Origin: Vicinamibacterales bacterium
GTDB taxonomy: Bacteria > Acidobacteriota > Vicinamibacteria > Vicinamibacterales > SCN-69-37
Length of the DNA: 64,000 nt
NCBI GenBank assembly: GCA_038918905.1
Contig: JBCKZS010000010.1
Location: forward strand, 638 to 64,637
Direction of reading: 5' to 3'
Of this stretch, positions 10,960-21,400 are shown one piece after another (the stretch's first letter is position 1; every line of letters starts with the position of its first letter). Both the position numbers and the translations under genes were made by a program. The notes beneath the pieces are model-generated. The model saw nothing but the letters and a program-made list of their open reading frames with translations. It had not been told where the DNA came from and made no database searches.

Positions 10960-11184
10960 GTGGCATTCAGCACCGCTCCCGTCGACATTGACGACGTGCT
11001 GGCCGCGATCGATCTGGATCGGCTGCACCGCATCTCGTTCTGGGACGGGCTGATCGTCAGATCCGCCCAACAGGCCCGTTGTGCGAGAATTTACAGCGAA
11101 GACCTTCAACATGGCCGTCGATTCGACGGCGTCGAGGTCCAAAGGTCCGAAGGTCCAGAGGTTCCGAAGGGGAGGCAGGCATGA
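10960..11184 (+). pseudogene. 5'-truncated PIN-domain (VapC-like) gene
   Basis: LHRISFWDGLIVRSAQQARCARIYSEDLQHGRRFDGVEV equals the C-terminal half of a PIN domain. The N-terminal acidic residues are missing, and the tail runs into a GGTCC repeat. Confidence 0.5.
11134..11170. repeat. GGTCC octamer array (about 4 units)
   Basis: gaGGTCCaaaGGTCCgaaGGTCCagaGGTTCCgaagg, directly upstream of the RBS and ATG at 11181. Confidence 0.8.
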
Positions 11185-12539
11185 GACGTTGGTTGTGGGC
11201 CGTGGTGGCAGTCGGCGTGAGTGTCGCGATCGCGACTGGGGGACCGCGGGCGCAGGTGCAGCCGCAGGGGATCGTCGCGCTGGTGGGTGGCACCCTGATT
11301 GACGGGTTCGGCGGCACGCCCCTGCGCAATTCCGTCATCCTCGTGCGCGGTGAGCGGATCTCCGCGGTGGGGCAGGTCGGCACGTTGGCGGTGCCCGACG
11401 GCGCGGAGGTGATCTCGACCGAGGGCATGTCCGTGTTGCCGGGCCTGTGGGACATGCACGTCCACCTGATGATCAACGGGCACTCCGACTACACGCATTG
11501 GGACAAGACCTACCCGTCGCGATTCGAGCGCGAGATCATGCCGGCCTCGGCACACCAGTTGCTGCGCGCCGGCGTCACGTCCGCGCGCGACCTCGGGGCG
11601 CCACTCGACGCGAGCCTCAACGTCCGCGATCGCATCAACCGGGGCGAGATTCCGGGGCCCCGTCTGTACGTGTCCGGTCCCTTCATCCAGAAGGCGCCGT
11701 ACCCGGGCACCGAACTGTTTCGCTGGGGCGTCAGTGGACCTGACGATGCGCGGGCGAAGGTGCGGCGGTTGGCCACGGCGGGTGTCGACGTCATCAAGCT
11801 GATCGATCAGGACCAGATGACACTGGAGGAGGTGGAGGCGGTGGTGGCGGAAGCGCACGCGCATGGCCTGCCGGTGGTCGGACACTCGCATCGCCCGGAG
11901 GAAATTCGCCGGGGCCTGCGCGCGGGTGTCGACAACTTCGAGCACACGGGCCTGGCGACGGCGCCGGAGTACCCGGCGGACATCATGGAGCTGATCCGGG
12001 AGCGCACGGCGCAGATGAACCGCGGGCCGTTCTACTGGACGCCGACCGTGCAGGGACTCTTCAACTACGAGTACCTCCGCGATCATCCCGAGTCGCTCGA
12101 CGACCCCTCCTGGACCCTCGGCCTCGGCGCCGACATCGTCGCCGACATCCGCCAGTCGTTGCGGAAGCCGGGCGAACTCGGGTACTTCCAGTTGACGGCC
12201 GCGCGCAAGCCGACCCTGAAGCGCAAGATCACCCAGTTGCGCGAGGCCGGCGTGACGCTGCTCATCGGCACCGACAGCGGCATCCCCACGCAGTTTCACA
12301 GCCAGTCGACGTGGAACGAACTCGACGTGTGGGTGCGCGAAATGGGCATCCCGCCGATGGAAGCGATTCGCAGTGCCACCTACTGGCCGTCGCTGATGAT
12401 GAAGAAGGACGCGGACGTCGGCACGATCACGCCAGGCAAGTACGCCGACATCATCGCCGTGCGTGGCGACGTGCTGAAGTACATCAACCTTCTTCAGCGC
12501 GTGGATGTCGTCGTCAAGGGCGGGAAACAGATCAGATAA
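11181..12539 (+). CDS. secreted amidohydrolase-family metallohydrolase
   Basis: GGAGG RBS, signal-like N-terminus, LPGLWDMHVHL (HxH metal motif), and ...GTDSG... late motif. Confidence 0.85.
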   Translation: MRRWLWAVVAVGVSVAIATGGPRAQVQPQGIVALVGGTLIDGFGGTPLRNSVILVRGERISAVGQVGTLAVPDGAEVISTEGMSVLPGLWDMHVHLMINGHSDYTHWDKTYPSRFEREIMPASAHQLLRAGVTSARDLGAPLDASLNVRDRINRGEIPGPRLYVSGPFIQKAPYPGTELFRWGVSGPDDARAKVRRLATAGVDVIKLIDQDQMTLEEVEAVVAEAHAHGLPVVGHSHRPEEIRRGLRAGVDNFEHTGLATAPEYPADIMELIRERTAQMNRGPFYWTPTVQGLFNYEYLRDHPESLDDPSWTLGLGADIVADIRQSLRKPGELGYFQLTAARKPTLKRKITQLREAGVTLLIGTDSGIPTQFHSQSTWNELDVWVREMGIPPMEAIRSATYWPSLMMKKDADVGTITPGKYADIIAVRGDVLKYINLLQRVDVVVKGGKQIR

Positions 12540-12846
12540 GAGTGCGCGCCGGGGATTTACATGGAGGACTGGAGCTTTGGATGAATGGGAGGCTTGAACC
12601 GCATCCCTCGAAACGGCGTGACGGCCAAGGTTGGCTTGGCTGTGGATGGGGGCAACCTGCGCAAGATCGCGGGGCCGGCGTCGGGCGTCATTTATCCCCA
12701 GGTCTCAGGGGATCAGGTCGGCGCGTGAGGCCCCTGCTGCCGCTTATCGTTTTATCGTCGAGTGAGTCAGCGCGGCGTGTCGACCGGCAGGCCCAGCCGC
12801 GCGGCCGCTGCTGACATGCGCTCGTCGCAGGTGACGACTTCAGCCA

Positions 12847-13851
12847 TCACACGACCGCTGCGATAAATCGCAGCGCCGTCTCTTCCGCCCAGTAGCCGTC
12901 TGAGCTGGCCGTGGCGCGGCCGACGAAGCCGCAGTGGCCACCGTGACGCGACAGGCGCACCGTGATGTTCGGATTGTCCTGGATTTCGTCCCGCTGAAAC
13001 TGCGAGACGGGGACGAACGGATCGTCGCTGGCCGCCAGGATCAGCGCGGGGACGCGCACGCGCTCTGTCACACGGAGGGCGCTCGCAAGATGGTAATAAT
13101 TGGCGGCCGTGCTGAAGCCGTGGAGTGGTGCCGTATAGGCGTCGTCGAACTGGCGAATGGTGTGGATCCTCGAGAGCGGCGCGAGATCGAAACGCCCGGG
13201 ATGGGCGGCCGCCTTCCGGCGCATCCGGGCCTTCAGGTTCCTGACGAAGTTCCACTGATAGAGCGCGTTGGCGGGCCGCGCGATGGCATCCACGCAGAGG
13301 GACAGATCGATCGTCGGGCTGATCGCCGCGACCGCGACGACCGGCAGGTCTGGCGTGGTCTCAAGTTCGCCCGCCAGCTTCAGCGTCAGGTTGCCACCCA
13401 GCGAGTAGCCCACGATGGCGATCGCACCGAGAGGTGCTTCGGCCTGCAGGGCCCGCAGCACCGCCACGGGATCGGCCGTGAGACCCGAGTGATACAGCCC
13501 GGGCGTCAGGTGCTCGGTGCCGCCGCAGTTGCGCTGGTTGAGGAGGACGACGTGCCAGCCGCGGCGCCAGGCTTTCTCGGCCAGGCCGCGCATGTAGTGC
13601 GCGTCGCTGGAGCCTCCAAGGCCGTGCAGGCCCAGCAGGGTGGGGGTGCCGGGACGTTGCCTTTGCCAGTAACAGTCGGCCCGTACCTGGCTCTCACTCT
13701 CCACGCGCACCAACCGGATCTCCGGCGTGGGGAGCCGCGGAAACCGGCGCAGCCGGGCCCACGCGAAGATCGTCATCGCGTGGCCGTTCGAGAGCCCCGG
13801 CCCAGGCGTGAAGTCAGCGTCCGCGGAGGTCGTAGATGGCGAAGGTGTCAT
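12847..13851 (-). CDS. alpha/beta hydrolase, YheT-like
   Basis: DFTPGPGLSNGHAMTIF matches the YheT N-terminus (F.P..G.SN.H.QT). Nucleophile elbow GYSLGG. Confidence 0.8.
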   Translation of the reverse strand: MTPSPSTTSADADFTPGPGLSNGHAMTIFAWARLRRFPRLPTPEIRLVRVESESQVRADCYWQRQRPGTPTLLGLHGLGGSSDAHYMRGLAEKAWRRGWHVVLLNQRNCGGTEHLTPGLYHSGLTADPVAVLRALQAEAPLGAIAIVGYSLGGNLTLKLAGELETTPDLPVVAVAAISPTIDLSLCVDAIARPANALYQWNFVRNLKARMRRKAAAHPGRFDLAPLSRIHTIRQFDDAYTAPLHGFSTAANYYHLASALRVTERVRVPALILAASDDPFVPVSQFQRDEIQDNPNITVRLSRHGGHCGFVGRATASSDGYWAEETALRFIAAVV

Positions 13852-15286
13852 TGCGATAGAGCAGCGGCAGGTTGAGCGGCCGTCTGGCTTCCACGATCGC
13901 CGCGGCGAGATGGTAGGCCGCGCCGAGGGCGATCGCGCGCCGGGTCGACAGTTGGTCGTAGTCGGCCAGCAGGGGCGTGCGTTCGGCCACCCGCTCGGCG
14001 ATCTCACGGTCGTAGAGCGCCAGGGCGCTGTCCTTCACGGACTCGAGCATGGTGTCTTTCTCGGCGGCCAGACGGACACTGACCCCGTACTTCCAGGCGT
14101 GGCCCGGATCGGCGAGCACGTGCCAGTCGTCGGGCTGCCGGCCGAGCCAGGTCATCGCATCCACCCAATCGGTGTCGGGCAAGGCGACGGTGACGAGCCG
14201 GCGTTCGGGCTGCAGTACTTCCAGCACGTAGTAGCCGCGGAGGCCGGAGGCCAGCGCCAGGACCACACACGCGACCACGGCGACACGTGTGGATCGCGCG
14301 AGCCACCACGCCACGTAGGTCAACGCGACAAAGTCGAGCACCCAGAACACCCGCGTGACCTGCAACTGCACGGCCAGGGCCAGTTCGACGGCCGTGAGGG
14401 GGACCGACACCAGAAACAGCGCGGTCAGCGCCAGGCATCCGGCCACCAGTGCGTGTTCGCCGGGCCGGGCGGTGCCGGCGCGCACACGCGCACGCCACGC
14501 GAACCAGATGACCACCGGGTATGCGAGGTTGATCAGCCAGGCGTCGATCGGCCAGTCCATCGGGAAGAGGTAGTCCTTCTCCGCGAGGACGCCGAGCCAG
14601 AGCGCATCCATCGTGACCAGGCGACCCTTGAGTGGACCGGCCAGGATCGTCCACAGACTGAACGCGGCCCCGATCACGAGTGCCGGCACGCTGACGCGGC
14701 GCCACTGCGGAAAACGCGCGACGAGGCCGATGCCCACCGCGACGCCAAACCACAAGGCGGTGGTGGGGTGCACCACGGCGGCCAGCGCCACGAACGCCAA
14801 CGCGGCCCAGCCCCGATCGCGCACCAGGCACGCGAGTGCCGCGATGCCCATGCCGAACGCCAGTTGGCGGGGATGCAGGTAGCCTTCAAGCGAGTTGGCG
14901 CCGGTTTTGGCGATGCGGTGACGGAAGGTCAGCAACAGCACGAGCAGCGTGACGGCCCACCACGGCAGCGCGAGCCCCCGGGCAAACGCGATCGCCGCCG
15001 CGAAGCAGAGCAGCAGGGTCATGACGTAGAGCGTGATCGCGACGGTGGGCAGCGACGCCCCGGTCGCGTTGACGGCCGCGGCGATCAGTTGGTCGGACAC
15101 CATCAAGTGTGACTGCGCCTCGAGCAGGGGGGTGTCGCGGGGAAACAATCCGGGGTCGAGTTGCTGTTGCACGGCCGGCAGGTAGAAGGCCTGGTCGGAC
15201 ACACCGTACCGGTAGCCGCCGGAGTTGGCCGTGGCAAGAATCACGAAGGCGATCGCCCCCGCCGCGGCCAGGCCTGCCGTCTTCAC
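13814..15286 (-). CDS. polytopic membrane protein (GT-C-like glycosyltransferase is only a guess)
   Basis: 490-aa ORF with many hydrophobic helices. No catalytic motif recognised. Confidence 0.55.
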   Translation of the reverse strand: MKTAGLAAAGAIAFVILATANSGGYRYGVSDQAFYLPAVQQQLDPGLFPRDTPLLEAQSHLMVSDQLIAAAVNATGASLPTVAITLYVMTLLLCFAAAIAFARGLALPWWAVTLLVLLLTFRHRIAKTGANSLEGYLHPRQLAFGMGIAALACLVRDRGWAALAFVALAAVVHPTTALWFGVAVGIGLVARFPQWRRVSVPALVIGAAFSLWTILAGPLKGRLVTMDALWLGVLAEKDYLFPMDWPIDAWLINLAYPVVIWFAWRARVRAGTARPGEHALVAGCLALTALFLVSVPLTAVELALAVQLQVTRVFWVLDFVALTYVAWWLARSTRVAVVACVVLALASGLRGYYVLEVLQPERRLVTVALPDTDWVDAMTWLGRQPDDWHVLADPGHAWKYGVSVRLAAEKDTMLESVKDSALALYDREIAERVAERTPLLADYDQLSTRRAIALGAAYHLAAAIVEARRPLNLPLLYRNDTFAIYDLRGR

Positions 15287-15443
15287 ATGCCTTCGTCGGC
15301 TGTCGGCCCGTACATGGCCGGCAGCGGCTCCTCGAGCAGCTGCAGATACACGGTCAGTTGGCCGCGGTGATGGATGGTGCGGTTAATAAGGTGCTGTGGG
15401 TGCATGCGTGGTCTCCGAAGCAGCGTACGGAGGGGGGCGGCCG

Positions 15444-15490
15444 AAAAGAGCTCGTAGCTGATTGCCGAGCAATCAGCTACGAGCTCTTTT
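15444..15490. repeat. perfect palindromic element, copy A (20-nt arms, 7-nt loop); bidirectional terminator-like
   Basis: AAAAGAGCTCGTAGCTGATTgccgagcAATCAGCTACGAGCTCTTTT. The same stem sequence occurs at 31099 and 32026. Confidence 0.9.
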
Positions 15491-15902
15491 TCGCCAGCCA
15501 GGTCGCTTCGCCCATGCCGCCCAGGTCGGCCGTGCCCTTGATCAGGGTGCCCGACTCGGCGAGTTCACCGGCGAAACGCATGTGTGTTTCCGTCCCCTCG
15601 GCGTTGATCGTCACGACAAACTCGATCGCGCGGCCGACGACCTTGCCCACAAGCGGGTATTCGCCGTAGCGGCCCGTGTAGGTGCCGCTCAGCTTGTCGC
15701 CCTCCTGCTTGAACACGAGGACGGGGCTGGAGGTCCCGGCCTCCATTTCCAGCGTCATCTGCCACTTGCCCGCCAGCGGCGCGGGCGCGACGGGTTTCTG
15801 TTGGGCGGCGCCCTGGGCCGTGCCCTGGACGACGACCGGCGCGACGGTAGCGAGCGCCACGACGGCGCCCGCCAGCCAGATCCACGAATAACGCTTGCGC
15901 AT
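15477..15902 (-). CDS. small secreted protein, tandem paralogue 2
   Basis: Signal-like N-terminus. Similar in layout to the upstream ORF (GKW.M.LE...G...L.....GDK..GT...). Its stop lies inside the palindrome (KKSS*). Confidence 0.5.
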   Translation of the reverse strand: MRKRYSWIWLAGAVVALATVAPVVVQGTAQGAAQQKPVAPAPLAGKWQMTLEMEAGTSSPVLVFKQEGDKLSGTYTGRYGEYPLVGKVVGRAIEFVVTINAEGTETHMRFAGELAESGTLIKGTADLGGMGEATWLAKKSS

Positions 15903-16348
15903 CAGAGTCCTTTCGGGCGCGTGGCCGACCACGGGAAACTACCCATCTCACCGAGGTGCATCGTGCCCGCCATCGTCCCGTCGTCCTTGACGGCGCCCTC
16001 GAAGTAGATCTCGATCATCTGGCCTCCCGCGTCGAAGCTGATGGTGAAGCCGAGTTTGCTGTCCTTGAACTCACCGCCGATCGGTGTCGGGCCGTTGGGG
16101 CTCTCGAGGGTGCCCGTCACCTTGTCCGCCGTATCGATCTTGACGTCCAGGTTTAACGACATGGCGCCCTGCGGACTCTCCAGCGCCATGACCCACTTGC
16201 CGGCGTGGGACGACGCGGCCTTCGGGTCGACCTTCGCATCGGCGGGTTTCTGTGTCGGCGGGGGCGGCGGCGGCGCCTGCTGGGCGACCAGCGTGGCGGC
16301 GCCCGAGAGCGCCAACATGGTGACGAGCGCGGTGATGGTGTTCTTCAT
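15902..16348 (-). CDS. small secreted protein, tandem paralogue 1
   Basis: MKNTITALVTMLALSGAATLVAQQ signal. TGATG junction with paralogue 2. Confidence 0.5.
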   Translation of the reverse strand: MKNTITALVTMLALSGAATLVAQQAPPPPPPTQKPADAKVDPKAASSHAGKWVMALESPQGAMSLNLDVKIDTADKVTGTLESPNGPTPIGGEFKDSKLGFTISFDAGGQMIEIYFEGAVKDDGTMAGTMHLGEMGSFPWSATRPKGL

Positions 16349-16458
16349 GACGGTCTCGCTCCTTCGCAATGATGTCCCGAAGCATACCACCGGCCGCCAG
16401 GGCCGCGTCCACGTCTTCTTCCCGCTCACGAGGCAGGCTCACGCCGACCCGCGGCGGC

Positions 16459-17967
16459 TCATTTCACGTCGCCCGCCAGTCGCCGGACTACCGGGCTGGC
16501 CAGGAGCGCCACGATGCCGGCGCCGCCGACGATCATGGCGACCTGCCCGAACAGGGACGCGGGCTCGAGCGAAGCCATGCGGCCCGCGACGAGGCCGGCG
16601 AACAAATTGCCGAGCGCGGCCGCGATGAACCACACCCCCATCATCTGTCCGAGGCGGTTGCGCGGAGCGAGCTTGGTAATGGAACTGAGACCCACCGGCG
16701 AGAGACACAGCTCTCCGGCCGTGTGTAGAAAGTAGGTGACGATGAGCCACGCTGGCGAGACCGGCGTGGCTTCGGTGGCGTTGGCCGCGCCCCAGGCGAG
16801 CACGAAGAAGCCGACCGCGAGCGCCAGGAGCCCCAGGGCGAACTTCATCGGAATCGAGGGATTGGCGTTGCGCTGAGCCAGCCAGGTCCACAACCAGCCG
16901 AAGACGGGCGCGAAGAGGATGATGAAGATGGGATTGACCGACTGCAGCCAACTGGCCGGCGCCTCCCATCCGAAGATGTTCCGGTCGGTGAGCCGTTCCG
17001 CGAAGAGATTCAGCGACGAGCCGGCCTGCTCGAAGCCCGACCAGAACATGGCCGCCAGGATGAAGAGCCAGAAGATGACCACGAGCCGTTTCTTCTCGGT
17101 GGAGGTGTGGCCCCCGGCCGTGAGCAGGAACGCGAAGTAGAGCACCGCGAGGCCGATGATCGCGTAGCCGAGCGTGGCCGCGATCACCTGCAGATTCGGG
17201 ATCCAGGCGCCGGCCGCGACGAGCCATCCCGCGGTGAGTCCGCCCGCGGCCAGCAGCGCCGACACCAGGTAGAGCCCGCGCGCGCGCGCCGCCACCGTGG
17301 GGGCGTCGTCGCCGCCGGTGTAGAGGCCGACGGTGCCGAAGTACTGCTCTCCGAGCCGGTACTGCACGAGCCCCAGCACCATGCCGATCCCGGCCAGCGA
17401 GAAGCCCCAGTGCCAGTTGTACTGCTCGCCGAACAGGCCGCACAGCAGCGGACCTAGGAAGGCGCCGAGGTTGATGCCCATGTAGAAGATCGAGAACCCG
17501 GCGTCGCGACGCGCGCCCCCTTCCGGATACAGGTCGCCCACGATCGTGCTGACGTTCGGCTTGAGCAGGCCGGTGCCCGCCACGATGAGCGCCAGACCGA
17601 TGAAGAACATCGGTGTTGCCGGGACGGCCAGGCTGAAGTGTCCCGCCGCGATGATCGAGCCGCCGACGAAGATCGCGCGGCGCTGGCCCCAGATGTTGTC
17701 GGCGATCCACCCGCCGGCAATGGTGGCGACATAGACCAGCGAGGTGTACAGACCGTAGATCGCGCCGGCGGTGGCGATGTCGTAGCCGAGGCCAGGGTTC
17801 GCATCCACCGTGGCGCGTGTCATGTAGAGAATCAGGATGGCGCGCATCCCGTAGTAGCTGAACCGCTCCCACATCTCCGTGAAGAAGAGGGTGGCGAGAC
17901 CTCGGGGATGCCCAAAAAACGTGCGGTTGGCGGGCGCGGTGCTGGAGACGATCTGGGATGCGGCCAC
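16459..17967 (-). CDS. proton-dependent oligopeptide transporter (POT/PTR2 family)
   Basis: FFGHPRGLATLFFTEMWERFSYYGMRAILILYM is the POT signature. 502 aa, polytopic. Confidence 0.9.
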   Translation of the reverse strand: MAASQIVSSTAPANRTFFGHPRGLATLFFTEMWERFSYYGMRAILILYMTRATVDANPGLGYDIATAGAIYGLYTSLVYVATIAGGWIADNIWGQRRAIFVGGSIIAAGHFSLAVPATPMFFIGLALIVAGTGLLKPNVSTIVGDLYPEGGARRDAGFSIFYMGINLGAFLGPLLCGLFGEQYNWHWGFSLAGIGMVLGLVQYRLGEQYFGTVGLYTGGDDAPTVAARARGLYLVSALLAAGGLTAGWLVAAGAWIPNLQVIAATLGYAIIGLAVLYFAFLLTAGGHTSTEKKRLVVIFWLFILAAMFWSGFEQAGSSLNLFAERLTDRNIFGWEAPASWLQSVNPIFIILFAPVFGWLWTWLAQRNANPSIPMKFALGLLALAVGFFVLAWGAANATEATPVSPAWLIVTYFLHTAGELCLSPVGLSSITKLAPRNRLGQMMGVWFIAAALGNLFAGLVAGRMASLEPASLFGQVAMIVGGAGIVALLASPVVRRLAGDVK

Positions 17968-18144
17968 GTGTCAGTCCTCCTGCTTAGGGCCTGGAAATGA
18001 ATGAAGGTGCCATTCTGGCTGCCGATGCCTCCCGGCCGGCGGCGTGGCTCGTCGCTTGCACACACTGGGTATGCGCGCTCCTCGCGCCTGGCCGGCCGGG
18101 CGCCTCGACACCCAGAATGAGCACCTTAATTCATTTCCAGGCCC

Positions 18145-18435
18145 TTACGGCTGTTCGGGCACGAAGCCCGGGGGATCGGTGGACCCCTGGCCGAAGAAAA
18201 ACTCTTCCATGTGTTTGGCGACAAGCTGCTGCGCTTCCTTCTGGAAGGGCAACAGGCGATTCTCGTTTAGAATCTTCTTCATCTGCTCTTCCCAGAGCGC
18301 CCACGCCTCCTGCGAGACCTGTTCGTAGATGCGCTGACCGAGGGGGCCGGGCCAGGGGGGCGCAGGCAGGGCTGGGAGTTCGCGATGCAGCTTGACGCAG
18401 TGGACGGTGCGGACCGGAACGTCAGGGGCAGTCAT
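18145..18435 (-). CDS. yggX: Fe(2+)-trafficking/oxidative-damage protection protein YggX-like
   Basis: The last 96 aa of a long spurious ORF. VHCVKLHRELPAL...GQRIYEQVSQEAWALWEEQMKKILNENRL is colinear with E. coli YggX. Confidence 0.8.
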   Translation of the reverse strand: MTAPDVPVRTVHCVKLHRELPALPAPPWPGPLGQRIYEQVSQEAWALWEEQMKKILNENRLLPFQKEAQQLVAKHMEEFFFGQGSTDPPGFVPEQP

Positions 18436-21400
18436 AGTGTCCCCGCATCTTACTGTAGAAGACGGGCCGGGCAAACGCTCGCGTGCCTGCTGCTGTGTCT
18501 GGCGCTGCCGGCGGTCAGCTCCGCCCAGTATTTTGGGCGGAACAAGGTGCAGTACCGGTCCTTCGAGTTCCGGGTGCTGCCGACCGAACACTTCGACATC
18601 TATTACTACCCGGAGGAGGCGGAGGCTGCCCGGCTGGTCTCGCGGATGGCCGAGCGGTGGTACGCGCGGCTGTCGCGGTTTTTCACGCACGAACTCCGCG
18701 GCCGTCAGGCGCTGATTCTGTACGCGGCCCCCGCGCATTTCCGTCAGACCAACGCCATTGAAGGCGCGATCGGCGAGGGCACGGGCGGCGCCACCGACGC
18801 CCTCAAGCGTCGCATTGTGCTGCCCATGGCGGGGTCGCTCGCCGATACGGACCACGTCCTGGGCCACGAGCTGGTGCACGCCTTCCAGTTCGACATGACC
18901 GGGGCCGATCCCCGCGAGTCGGAATTCGCGCTTCCCGGCATCCTGCAGTACCCGCTGTGGTTTGCCGAGGGGATGGCCGAGTACTTGTCGCTCGGTCCCC
19001 TGGACGCCCAGACGGCCATGTGGATGCGCGATGCGGCCCTCACCGAGCGGCTGCCGCACGTCAAGGATCTGAACCACCCGAAGTTGTTTCCGTACCGCTG
19101 GGGCCACGCGTTCTGGGCGTTTATCGGCGCCAGGTATGGCGACCGGGCGGTGGCGTCGCTGCTGCGGTCGGCGGCCCACCCGCGCTTTGACATGAGCGGG
19201 CTCGCCGCGCAACTCGGGACCGATCCGGACGGGCTGACCGAGGACTGGCACCGGTCCATTCTCGAGGCCATCCGCGGCGCCGAGGTGGACCTGCCGTCGC
19301 TCACCAGCCAGCCTCGTCGGCTGCTCAGCGAGGAGAATGGTGGCGGGCGGATCAACGTCGGGCCGAAGGTGAGTCCCGACGGCACGCGGGTCGCGTTTTT
19401 CTCGGAACGGGATCGGCTCTCCGTCGATCTCTATCTCGCCAACACGACCACGGGCCGGATCGAGCGGAAGCTGCTCGGGTCGGCGACCGACCCTCACTTC
19501 GACAGCCTGCAGTTCCTCTACTCGGCAGGAGCCTGGCGACCCGACGGGCGCCAACTGGTTATCACCGCGGTGCGCCGCGGCCGGCCCGCCCTCGCTTTCG
19601 TGGATCCGAAGAACGGCCGGATCACGCGCGAGATCGTCCTCGACGATCTCGACGATGCGTTGGGGCCGGCGTGGTCGCCCGACGGCCGCACGCTGGTGCT
19701 GAGTGGCAATCGCGGCGGGCTGACCGATCTGTACCTGGTGGAGGTGGCCAGTGGCGTGGTCACCGCATTGACGTCCGATCCGTTCGCCGACCTGGAACCG
19801 ACGTTCACTCCCGACGGCAGGACCGTGGTCTTTGTCACCGAGCGGTTCAGCACCGATCTCGAGTGGCTCAAACCGGGACCGCTTCGGCTCGCGCGTATGG
19901 CGATCGCCACGAAGGAGGTGCAGCCGATTCAGGCATTCCTCACCGGCAAACACCTGAGTCCGCAGGTGAGCGCCGATGGCCGTCACGTGACGTTTGTCGC
20001 CGAGCCTGACGGCGTCAGCAATTTGTATCGGATTGGGATCGACGGCGGACCGGTGTCGCGTCTGACGGCGTTCGCGACCGGCATTGCAGGCATCGCCGCG
20101 TCCAGTCCAACGCTGTCGATCGCGACGACGACCGATCGGCTGGTGTTCAGTGTGTTCGAGCGTGATGGTCACGCCCTGTACGTGCTTGACGAGGCGGACG
20201 TGGTGGCGATGGTGCCGCCCGCCCCCTCGTCCCGATCGGCGGCGGCGTTGACGCCGGAGGCGGCCGCTGGACGACCGGCCAGTCTGTCGAATTTTGTCAC
20301 GGGCGATGTGACGCGCCTCCTGAATGACTCCGCGCACGGCCTCCCGCCTCCCGGCATCGTCGCTGAGTCGGCCCCGTACGAACGCCCGCTCTCGCTCGAC
20401 ATCGTGACGCAACCGACAATCACGGCCGGGGTGAACTCGTTCGGCGGGTTTGTGGGCGGCAGCATCGGCGCGCTGTTCAGCGACATGCTGGGCGATCGGG
20501 TGCTGGGCGTGGGCGCGCAGGTCTCGGGGGACATCGCTGACCTCGGCGCGCAATTGCTCTACATCAGCCGGCGTCATCGCTGGAACTGGGCGGCCGTGCT
20601 GGAGCAGGTGCCGTACCGGATCGGGTACCTCTCCTGGGTGGACGATCCGTCGGCGGGCACGACCACACTCAGCGAAATCATCGACCGGCAGACGTTCCGC
20701 GGTGGTTCGATGATGACGGCGTATCCGTTCAGCCGATCGACGCGGTTCGAGCTGGGCGCCGGTGCCCACGCCGTGTCCTTTACGCGCCGGATTCGCGATC
20801 GGGTCTACGACACCGAGAGTGAAGAGTTGCTCGAGCGGCGTGACTCGAAGTCAACGCTCGAGCAGTCGCTGAACCTGGCCACGCTCACCGGCGCGCTGGT
20901 CCACGACACGTCGTTGTTCGGCGCGATCAGTCCGATCCTCGGGCGCCGGTACCGCCTGGAGGTGACGGGGACGCGCGGCTCGCTGCGCTACACGACGGCG
21001 GTGGTGGACTGGCGGCAGTACCTGATGCCGGTGCGGCCGGTCACATTGGCGTTTCGGGTGATGCACGTCGGGCGGTACGGCGGCGATGCCGAGCACCGGC
21101 AACTGGCCCAGCTCTATGCCGGCCACCAGGCGCTGGTCCACGGGTACGGATTCGGATCGTTCGCCCCAGGGGAGTGCACCGCGTTTGATCCCGATCGCTG
21201 CCGGGTGTTCGATCGGCTCATGGGCAGCCGCGTGGCGCTGGCCAACGCCGAGATCCGCGCGCCGCTCCTCGGCCTGCTCCGCGGCGAGATCGACTACGGC
21301 TCCTACGTGCCGCTCGAGATCGCCGCGTTCTTCGATGCCGGCGTCGCGTGGTCGTCCGGCTCCTCGCCGTCGTTCGCCGGCGGCACCCGCGACCTCGTGC

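Noticed and set aside
12767-12850. The peptide ...AEVVTCDERMSAAAARLGLPVDTPR* resembles the C-terminal ~25 aa of a VapC PIN toxin.
   Set aside because: It is too short, and the remainder of the ORF (12767..13255) is merely antisense to or overlapping the hydrolase gene. It is noted only as one more possible TA stub.
18436-20769. Upstream 780 aa of the 874-aa minus-strand ORF 18145..20769.
   Set aside because: Only the last 96 aa (YggX-like) look like a real protein. The rest is antisense to the TolB/Omp85-like gene and is low-complexity.
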